DNA from: a virus
Taxonomy: Duplodnaviria; Caudoviricetes
Direction: 5' to 3' (one strand)
IMG/VR virus record: IMGVR_UViG_3300021133_000001
Span: 76,181-140,180 of that record
DNA length: 64,000 bases
Numbering within the stretch: position 1 is the stretch's first letter; every line of letters begins with the position of its first letter. The notes below the pieces were generated by a model. It was given only the letters and a program-made list of their open reading frames with translations. It ran no database searches and had not been told where the DNA came from. The position numbers and the translations under genes were made by a program. This document shows positions 28,017 to 37,100 of this stretch, in pieces.

Positions 28017-30941
28017 TTAACTTAATCTTGCACTTAACTGTGCTATTAAAGTATTTTGATTATTTATTTGTACTTGTTGTTCTTTAATAGCTTCTACTAG
28101 TAAAGATGTTAAACGACTGTAATCAATACCGATATAGTTTCCGGCGCTATCTGGGTCATCATAAACTACTTCTGGAACTATATTTACTGTATCTTCTGCA
28201 ATAAGCCCTATATCGTTTGGATCGGTTTTAAGAGTGTTATCATACCATACACCAGATAATTGTAGTACTCTATTTAAAGAATTGGTTAATGGTCGTATAT
28301 TAGTCTTAAAACGTCTAGATGAAGTAGAAGTAAATGAATAAGCTGTAATACCAAGAGATGTTGATATAGCACTACCATTATCAGTAATAGAACTATTAGT
28401 TACTGTGGTTGAACTGTTAAACTTAGCAACAACATTTGAAGTACCGCCTGAACCAGCAGCTGCACCTTGTGCGCCTGTAGCTCCCTGTGCACCTGTTGAT
28501 CCTGTAGCACCTTGTGCACCGGTAGAGCCTGTAGCACCTTGTGCGCCTGTAGCACCTTGTGCGCCGTTAGAACCGTTTGTACCAGCTGCACCTTGTGCAC
28601 CATTCGTACCAGCTGCACCTTGAGCGCCTGTAGAACCAGTAGAGCCTTTTAAGCCAGAATAACCTGAAGCGCCTTGAGCGCCAGTAGAGCCTGTAGCGCC
28701 TTGAGCGCCTGTTGCACCTTGAGCGCCAGTAGAACCTGTAGAACCTGTTGCACCTTGAGCGCCAGTAGAACCTGTAGAACCTGTTGCACCTTGAGCTCCT
28801 GTAGAGCCTTTAGCACCAGAGTAACCAGAGTAACCAGAGTTTGATCCTGCTGCTTGAATTTGTGAACCAGGATACTCAACAATTAAACCTGCTGTAGTAC
28901 CTATACCGATCATAACCGGTTTAATGATTGAACCTACAGCTGATGGGGGTGTTGTGGTCATTAGACCTGCTGTTGCGTCTGAAAGATAATATTGTGCAGC
29001 ATCTACTATACCTGTAAAGCCTGAAGTATAACCGTTAGCTACATACTGGAAAGAAGTACCAGTAGCGCTTACTACTACACCGATAATATCTGACGTGCTT
29101 GGGCTGTTGGCTTGTGCTAATGCATAACCACCAGATGTCTTGTATATAACATTACCCGGACTAAAAGAGTTGCTATATGTTACATTTACATTAGTAGCAT
29201 TTAAACCGCTTATACCAGAAAAACCAGATACACCTGAACCACTAAAACCACTAAAGCCTGAGTAACCAGAAACACCGCTAAAGCCTGAAATACCGCTAAA
29301 ACCTGATTGACCAGAAATACCACTGAAACCAGATATACCACTAAATCCTGAAATACCTGTATAGCCAGAATATCCTGTAATACCGCTAAAGCCTGAGATA
29401 CCAGAGAAGCCTGATATACCACTAAAACCGGACCAGCCTGATATACCGCTCGCTCCTGATATACCGCTAAAACCACTAATACCTGTAAAGCCTGAATAAC
29501 CAGAGATACCGGAGAAACCTGTTATACCACTAAAACCGGACCAACCACTGATACCGCTAAAGCCTGAAATACCGCTGAAACCACTTATACCTGAAAAACC
29601 AGAAAAGCCTGTGAAGCCACTATAACCAGATATACCGCTAAAACCTGAAATACCTACACCAGAATAACCTGATGTACCAGACACACCCTGACCGATTGGG
29701 GTACGTACTACAGTAAACTGCGAACTACCGTTATATTGGTAAGCAGCAGTAAGTGTTGTTGTACTTGTTGTATAAGCTGCAACTTGTAATAAGATACGAT
29801 CTGTTGCAGAAAGAATTGTAATATTGCTTGTAGCGTACTGTACTTTTTGATAGGTTGAAGTAGTATCTGTAACGGCACCGGAATCGGCGCTTAAAATAAA
29901 TGCACTCGTGGCACTAGTTGCCATTGAGTAACTATAAATGCTAAATACAAAATTAGCTGTACCACCTAAAGCGTAACGATAAAATTCTATATCCCATAAA
30001 CCTGCAGGTATTTCTGTTATACCAGGTTCACCGATTGGTGTTAAGTACCAACCGAAAGCACTTGGACTGCCTGGACCTGCTGTAGTAGAATTAAGAGCTA
30101 GTTGGTCGTCATTAACTGTCGTACCACCACCGCCTGGCTGTAAAGCCATAACTTCAAACACAGCAGGGTTTTGATCACTAGTTACTTCCTGTAAGAAATA
30201 CGTTCTACCATATACAGATGCGCCTGTGCCACCTGACCAACCCGAAATACCACTAAAGCCGCTGATTCCGCTAAAACCACTTATACCACTAAAGCCAGAC
30301 CAGCCTGATACACCACTTGCACCAGATATACCGCTAAAACCGGATATACCACTAAAACCGCTGAAGCCAGAATAACCGCTGACACCACTGAAACCACTTA
30401 TACCTGTATAACCGGAATAGCCAGAAATACCTGTAAAACCTGAATAACCTGATATACCGCTAAAACCAGACCAGCCTGATATACCACTAAAACCTGATAC
30501 ACCACTCGCTCCTGATATACCGCTGAAACCACTTATACCTGAAAAACCAGATATACCACTTGCGCCAGATATACCACTGAAACCAGAAAAACCTGAAATA
30601 CCTGTATAACCGCTATAACCGGAAATACCGCTAAAACCACTTATACCTGAAAAACCAGACCAACCGGATATACCGCTAAAGCCTGAAATACCTGTATAAC
30701 CACTATAACCGGATATACCACTAAAGCCAGAAAAGCTCGAGTAACCGCTATAACCGGAAATACCAGAGAATCCACTTATACCACTAAAGCCAGAAAAGCC
30801 TGAAATACCAGTAAATCCAGAATAACCGGAAGCACCCTGTGCACCAGTAGAGCCTTTTGCACCTTGCGCACCTGTTACGCCAGTAGTACCTGAGTAACCA
30901 GACTGTCCCTTAATCGCTGTGTATACAAATGTATTGCTCAT
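28017..30941 (-). CDS. Gly-X-Ser/collagen-like fibre with two globular domains and C-terminal S74 chaperone
   Basis: Two long [12 protein letters not shown] tracts, shared GRTY...TPIGQG domain, FSPGNVIY...IIGVV domain, GAQ/GAT tract, TSSRRFKTNIRP...IDYSRLTSLLVEAIKE. Confidence 0.9.
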   Translation of the reverse strand: MSNTFVYTAIKGQSGYSGTTGVTGAQGAKGSTGAQGASGYSGFTGISGFSGFSGISGFSGISGYSGYSSFSGFSGISGYSGYTGISGFSGISGWSGFSGISGFSGISGYSGYTGISGFSGFSGISGASGISGFSGISGFSGISGASGVSGFSGISGWSGFSGISGYSGFTGISGYSGYTGISGFSGVSGYSGFSGFSGISGFSGISGASGVSGWSGFSGISGFSGISGFSGISGWSGGTGASVYGRTYFLQEVTSDQNPAVFEVMALQPGGGGTTVNDDQLALNSTTAGPGSPSAFGWYLTPIGEPGITEIPAGLWDIEFYRYALGGTANFVFSIYSYSMATSATSAFILSADSGAVTDTTSTYQKVQYATSNITILSATDRILLQVAAYTTSTTTLTAAYQYNGSSQFTVVRTPIGQGVSGTSGYSGVGISGFSGISGYSGFTGFSGFSGISGFSGISGFSGISGWSGFSGITGFSGISGYSGFTGISGFSGISGASGISGWSGFSGISGFSGISGFSGITGYSGYTGISGFSGISGFSGISGQSGFSGISGFSGVSGYSGFSGFSGSGVSGFSGISGLNATNVNVTYSNSFSPGNVIYKTSGGYALAQANSPSTSDIIGVVVSATGTSFQYVANGYTSGFTGIVDAAQYYLSDATAGLMTTTPPSAVGSIIKPVMIGIGTTAGLIVEYPGSQIQAAGSNSGYSGYSGAKGSTGAQGATGSTGSTGAQGATGSTGSTGAQGATGAQGATGSTGAQGASGYSGLKGSTGSTGAQGAAGTNGAQGAAGTNGSNGAQGATGAQGATGSTGAQGATGSTGAQGATGAQGAAAGSGGTSNVVAKFNSSTTVTNSSITDNGSAISTSLGITAYSFTSTSSRRFKTNIRPLTNSLNRVLQLSGVWYDNTLKTDPNDIGLIAEDTVNIVPEVVYDDPDSAGNYIGIDYSRLTSLLVEAIKEQQVQINNQNTLIAQLSARLS

Positions 30942-30959
30942 AGTTCATTGAAGCAATAA

Positions 30960-30967
30960 TATTTATA
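30960..30967 (-). promoter_or_regulatory. TATAAATA (exact T4 late promoter consensus) upstream of fibre gene 28017..30941
   Basis: Plus strand tatttata, intergenic. Confidence 0.6.
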
Positions 30968-30972
30968 TACCA

Positions 30973-33900
30973 TTATACTATAAACCAGTTAGTACCGTTA
31001 TATACAATAGTGGTTGCTTCGTAGTTATAGTTTAATAGATAAGTAGCTTGACCGTCAATTGTTACCCCTGCACCAGATAACGTAATGTTATTTGTGCGAG
31101 CTGCACCAGATTCGTCTTTAATTGTTATAAATGTACCTTGATTTAATGGTAGAGCTGGCAAGTATAATAAAGCACTTCCAGAGACATTAACACCTACATA
31201 TTCGTCAGTTGACTGTAATACGTTTGGTGAAGTTGTTACTAATCTTACACCTTGAACGTTTGGATATATAATCTGTGAATTATCGAGATTTAAGTAACCA
31301 CGTTCGTTTACAACAACTGCTGTTGTAGATGTAACAGCTCTCATGATTGGCTTCGACACTGTACCGAAAGCACTTGGTGAAACTGTTGTAACACTACCTG
31401 CAATAGTTGGTGATAGGTAATAACATTCCCCTGGTGTCAAGCTTGCAAGACCTGTAATTAAGCCCATGTATACGATTGTAAATGTTGTACCTGTTGAAGA
31501 TTGAACAACACCGGTTGCTTCAGCATCTGTTACATTGTCTGCTTGAGCTAAGAACCAACCACTTGAACCGTTGTCAAGACGTACCACGTTACCAGCACTG
31601 AATGTGTTGGTATATGTAATGACTTGACTTGAAATGTTTACTGTAGTACCAGAGATACCTGAGAAACCAGATATACCGCTAAAGCCGCTATAACCGGAAA
31701 TACCAGAGAAGCCCGATATACCAGAAGCGCCAGACCAGCCTGAAATACCACTAAAGCCTGATATACCGCTAAAGCCGCTAATACCGCTAAAGCCTGAAAT
31801 ACCAGAAAAGCCGGAGTAACCAGAAATACCCGAGAAACCAGATATACCGCTAAAACCGCTGTAGCCACTAATACCGCTAAAGCCAGACCAGCCGCTAATA
31901 CCTGAGAAACCGCTAATACCAGTGAAACCACTGATACCTGTAAAGCCTGAATAACCAGACCAACCAGAGATACCGCTAAAGCCGCTTATACCGCTAAAGC
32001 CGGAGTAGCCTGAAATACCAGAGAAGCCGCTATAGCCACTTATGCCACTAAAGCCAGACCAACCACTGATACCGCTGAAACCGCTAATACCGGTAAAGCC
32101 TGAGAAGCCAGAGTAGCCTGAGATACCAGAGAAGCCTGAGATACCACTAAAGCCGCTATAGCCACTAATACCGCTAAAGCCCGATATACCAGAGAAACCA
32201 GAATAACCTGACCAACCACTGATACCACTAAAGCCTGATATACCAGTAAAGCCTGAGAAGCCGCTTATACCGCTAAAACCACTATAGCCTGAAATACCGC
32301 TAAAGCCTGATATGCCCGAGAAACCGGACCAACCGCTAATACCAGAGAAGCCTGAAATACCAGAGAAGCCACTTATACCGCTAAAGCCAGAGTAACCAGA
32401 TATACCGCTGAAGCCTGACCAACCAGAAATACCTGAGAAACCAGATATACCAGAGAAGCCAGACCAACCAGAAATACCACTAAAGCCTGAGGTACCAATA
32501 CCGCTAAAGCCGGAGAAACCTGAACTACCACTTACACCTTGACCGATTGGCGTACGTAAAGCGGAATATATTGAACTACCATTGTAATGGTAAGTAGCAG
32601 TAATTGTTGATGTGCTTGTTGTATAAGCTGCAACTTGTAATAAGATACGATCTGTTGCAGAAAGCTTTGTAATCGTGCTTGTAACGTAACCTAATTTTTG
32701 GAAAGTTGAAGATGTATCTGTAACAGGACCTGAATCAGCACTTAAGATAAATGCGCTAGTAGCGCTTGTAGCCATTGAGTAACTATATACGCTAATAACA
32801 AAGTTTGCTGCGCTAGCAGAAACGTTACGATAGAAATCGAATTCCCACAAACCAGCTGGAATTTCAACTAAGCCTGGTTCCCCAATTGGTGTTAAGTACC
32901 AACCGTAAGCGCTTGGGCTACCTGGACCTGCTGTGGTAGAGTTAAGAGCTAATGCGTCATCGTTTACGTCTGTACCACCACCGCCTGGCACTAACGACAT
33001 TACTTCAAATACTGTTGGGTTTTGATCGCTTGTTACTTCTTGTAGGTAGTATGTTCTACCGTAAATGGATGCACCGGTACCACCAGAGACACCAGACCAA
33101 CCACTAATACCACTGAAACCACTAATACCGGTAAAGCCACTATAACCGGAAATACCACTAAAGCCTGAAATACCGCTAAAGCCGGAGTAACCAGAAATGC
33201 CTGAGAAACCGCTAATACCAGTAAAGCCTGACCAACCGCTAATACCTGAGAAACCTGAAATACCAGTATAGCCAGAATAGCCTGAAATACCGCTAAAGCC
33301 GCTTATACCGCTAAAGCCTGAGATACCAGAGAAGCCAGAATAACCTGACCAACCGCTAATACCGCTAAAACCACTTATACCTGTATAGCCTGAGTAGCCG
33401 GAAATACCGCTAAAGCCTGACCAACCAGAGATACCAGAGAAGCCAGACCAGCCTGATATACCGCTGAAACCGCTTATACCTGTAAAACCTGAAATACCAG
33501 AAAAGCCTGAGAAGCCAGAATAACCTGAAATACCAGACCAACCAGAAATACCGGTATAGCCTGAATAACCGCTAATACCCGTAAAGCCGCTATAACCGGA
33601 AATACCTGTAAAGCCGGACCAGCCTGAAATACCACTAAAGCCGGAAATACCAGAGAAGCCCGAGAAGCCAGTGTAACCACTAAAACCGGTGAAGCCAGAA
33701 ATACCGCTAAAACCGCTAATACCAGTGTAGCCAGAATAACCTGAAATACCTGTAAAGCCTGAATAGCCTGAAATACCAGAGAAGCCGGACCAGCCACTAA
33801 TACCGCTGAAACCGCTTATACCTGTAAAACCTGACCAACCTGAAATACCACTAAAGCCGCTAATACCTGTAAAGCCTGAAATACCAGAAAAGCCACTATA

Positions 33901-34089
33901 GCCGGAAATACCGGAGAAGCCGGACCAACCAGAGGTACCACTGATACCACTAAAGCCGGACCATCCGCTAATGCCTGAGGCTCCGGAATAACCGCTTGTG
34001 CCGGTTGCGCCTTGTGCACCTGTTGCACCGTTTGCGCCAGAGAAACCTGATTGACCTCTAATTGCTGTGTATACGAAGGAATTTGCCAT
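30973..34089 (-). CDS. Gly-X-Ser repeat fibre protein (no S74 domain)
   Basis: Two ~300-residue G-[F/I/Y/W]-[S/T] tracts flanking the shared domain; C-terminal FSAGNVVRLDNG domain and IKDESG...TIDG...YNGTNWFIV domain. Confidence 0.9.
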   Translation of the reverse strand: MANSFVYTAIRGQSGFSGANGATGAQGATGTSGYSGASGISGWSGFSGISGTSGWSGFSGISGYSGFSGISGFTGISGFSGISGWSGFTGISGFSGISGWSGFSGISGYSGFTGISGYSGYTGISGFSGISGFTGFSGYTGFSGFSGISGFSGISGWSGFTGISGYSGFTGISGYSGYTGISGWSGISGYSGFSGFSGISGFTGISGFSGISGWSGFSGISGWSGFSGISGYSGYTGISGFSGISGWSGYSGFSGISGFSGISGFSGISGYSGYTGISGFSGISGWSGFTGISGFSGISGYSGFSGISGFSGISGYSGFTGISGFSGISGWSGVSGGTGASIYGRTYYLQEVTSDQNPTVFEVMSLVPGGGGTDVNDDALALNSTTAGPGSPSAYGWYLTPIGEPGLVEIPAGLWEFDFYRNVSASAANFVISVYSYSMATSATSAFILSADSGPVTDTSSTFQKLGYVTSTITKLSATDRILLQVAAYTTSTSTITATYHYNGSSIYSALRTPIGQGVSGSSGFSGFSGIGTSGFSGISGWSGFSGISGFSGISGWSGFSGISGYSGFSGISGFSGISGFSGISGWSGFSGISGFSGISGYSGFSGISGFSGFTGISGFSGISGWSGYSGFSGISGFSGISGYSGFSGISGFSGISGYSGFSGFTGISGFSGISGWSGFSGISGYSGFSGISGYSGFSGISGFSGISGWSGYSGFTGISGFTGISGFSGISGWSGFSGISGYSGFSGISGFSGISGYSGFSGISGFSGISGFSGISGFSGISGWSGASGISGFSGISGYSGFSGISGFSGISGTTVNISSQVITYTNTFSAGNVVRLDNGSSGWFLAQADNVTDAEATGVVQSSTGTTFTIVYMGLITGLASLTPGECYYLSPTIAGSVTTVSPSAFGTVSKPIMRAVTSTTAVVVNERGYLNLDNSQIIYPNVQGVRLVTTSPNVLQSTDEYVGVNVSGSALLYLPALPLNQGTFITIKDESGAARTNNITLSGAGVTIDGQATYLLNYNYEATTIVYNGTNWFIV

Positions 34090-34145
34090 GGTGGTATATT
34101 ATTGTAGATTACTTATTATTCTTGAAATGTTTTTTTTGTTGTTTA

Positions 34146-37100
34146 TTAAACTAAATTCCATCTATTGCCGTAATATACTAAGCTTATTGTTTCATACGGG
34201 GATGTAATTTGGTCAAAAGTGTATCCGTCAATGGTGTCTGGATATGTAGCAGATATTGTAATAGTATTTGTAGTATCATTAGCTAATCCTGTCATATCTT
34301 TAATAGAATATGCTTTACCATTATAACCAACTGGTAGAGTAATGGTAGAAGGTCCGTTGTATTGTACACCAATGTAATAGTCTGTAGGTACAGCTGTATA
34401 GTATTGATTAGTAACGCCTGTTACGTTTACAGAACCACCTAATGCAGAGTCGTTTGAATTTAATATACCTCTTTCATTAACAACAACACCCACATTTGAT
34501 GTAATTGCACGTAGTATTGGTTTTGAAACAGTACCTGTAGCACTAACTACTGCAGTTGTAATAGCACCAGGAACATCTGGGGATAAGAAATAGCATTCCC
34601 CTGGATTTAATAGTGGTTGATCAAATGTTATTAAACCGTTATATACTATATAGAAGTCGTAAGCAGAAGCATATTGTACAACACCAGTTGCTTCAGCATT
34701 TTGAGGTGTATTAGCCTGGGATAAGAACCAACCGCTATTACCGTTATCAAGTCTTACTACTTGACCTGCACTAAAACTATTACTATAAGTTATTAACTGA
34801 CTAGAAATATTAACAGGCGAGCCACTATAACCGGATATACCGCTAAAGCCCGAGAAACCAGAAATACCGCTATAACCCATTATACCGGAATAACCGCTAA
34901 AGCCAGACCAACCAGATATACCTGAGAAACCATCTATACCGCTATAACCTGAAAAACCGCTTATACCAGAAAAACCTTGTACACCTTGATAACCACTAAA
35001 GCCTGACCAACCACTAGAGCCTGAAGTACCGGAATCGCCTTTTACTTGACCAACATTAGTCCAGGTACCACCAGCATGTACCCATAAATCACCAGAAGTT
35101 TCATCTATAACACCGTTACCGTCAACTGCTGATGAGAACGCGGCGTTTAAAGTTTGTTGTGGGTCGCCAGGTGGGTTAACATTAGCGTCTGGTACAGTAC
35201 CAATAATAGCAACTGAAGAACCGTTAACACCAGAGTAACCAGAAAGACCTACATCGCCTTGTGCACCTTGCGGTCCAATATCTCCTTGAGAGCCTTGGGA
35301 ACCTTGGAAGCCTTGATCTCCCTGTGCACCTTGGGGTCCGGTATCGCCTTGATTACCTTGCGGTCCAATATCACCTTGAGCGCCTTGTGGGCCGAAGTCG
35401 CCTTGTGCACCTTGATAACCTTGTGCACCTTGTGAGCCGACATCCCCTTGATAGCCTTGAGGTCCTATATCCCCTTGCGCACCTTGTGGGCCGAAACCTG
35501 AATAACCAGATACACCAGAACCGCTAAAACCTGAGAAGCCAGATATACCAGTAAAGCCTGAGAAGCCACTATAACCTGACCAACCAGATACACCTGTATA
35601 ACCAGAATAACCCGATATACCACTATCCCCACTGAAACCGGAAATACCGCTAAAGCCACTAAAGCCGCTTGTACCGGTAAAACCGCTTATACCGCTAAAG
35701 CCTGAAAAACCAGAATAACCTGAAATACCAGACCAACCAGAATCACCTGTGAAACCTGATATACCGCTAAAACCGGACCAACCAGATGTTCCAGAGATGC
35801 CCGAAAAGCCTGATATACCACTGAAGCCTGACCAGCCGCTTATACCACTAAAGCCTGATATACCTGAAGCACCTGAAATACCGCTAAAACCAGATATACC
35901 GCTAAAGCCCGACCAACCGCTTATACCTGTATAACCAGATATACCGGAGAAGCCTGATATACCTGAAAAACCACTTATACCGCTAAAGCCTGATTGACCA
36001 GAATAACCAGAATAACCTGATACACCAGAACCACTGAAACCAGATATACCTGATTGACCAGAGAAGCCTGAGTAACCAGAAATTCCTGAGAAGCCAGATA
36101 TACCACTAAAACCGCTTATACCTACAAAGCCTGAGTAACCGCTAAAGCCTGAAATACCGCTTGCGCCAGACCAACCAGAGGTACCAGAGTCACCTTTTAC
36201 TTGACCTACATTAGTCCAGGTACCGTTTGTATATACCCATAAATCGCCAGTATTTTCATCTATAACACCGTTACCGTTTACGGCGCCTGGGAATGCAGCG
36301 TTTAAAGTAGCTTGTGCGTTACCACCTACAGTAGGTACTGTACCAATAATAGTAACTGAAGTACCGTCTTTACCACTATAACCAGACTTACCACTAGTAC
36401 CACTAAAACCACTTATACCACTAAAACCAGAAATACCTGAAAAACCTGAGTAACCAGATATACCAGAAAAGCCTGATATACCGCTAAAGCCTGATATACC
36501 AGAAGCACCGCTAAAGCCGCTATAACCAGTTATGCCGCTAAAACCGGACCGACCCGAAATACCGCTAAAGCCTGAAGTGCCGGAAGCGCCACTTATACCA
36601 CTAAAACCACTAATACCGCTAAAGCCTGATTGACCGGTATAGCCCGAGTAACCAGATATACCACTGAAACCTGATATACCACTTGCGCCAGATATACCAC
36701 TAAAGCCCGAGTAACCAGAAGTACCTGAAGCACCACTTATACCGCTAAAGCCTGACTGACCCGAATAACCTGAATAACCAGACCAGCCTGAAATACCGCT
36801 AAAGCCTGATTGACCGCTGTAGCCACTATAGCCAGAAATACCACTAAAACCGGAAATACCTGATTGACCGGTAAAGCCTGAGTAACCGCTAAAACCTACA
36901 TAACCGCTGAAGCCGCTGTAGCCGGAAATACCGCTAAAGCCCATATAGCCGGAGTACCCAGAAAAGCCTGAATAACCAGACGTACCGGAGTAACCCATAT
37001 CACCGCTATAACCGGAAATACCGCTATAACCAGAAGTACTATCACCACTAAAACCTGAAATACCTTGATCGCCTTGTGCACCTTGAGGGCCTGTAGCACC

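Noticed and set aside
30973-34089. Ice-nucleation protein
   Set aside because: The repeats are strict 3-residue G-x-S units, not the 16-residue AGYGSTxTA...SxLT units of InaZ-type proteins.
11930-37100. Possible CRISPR array or non-coding tandem repeats
   Set aside because: The repeats have 9/18-nt coding periodicity with synonymous variation and no constant repeat plus unique spacer structure; no cas genes seen.
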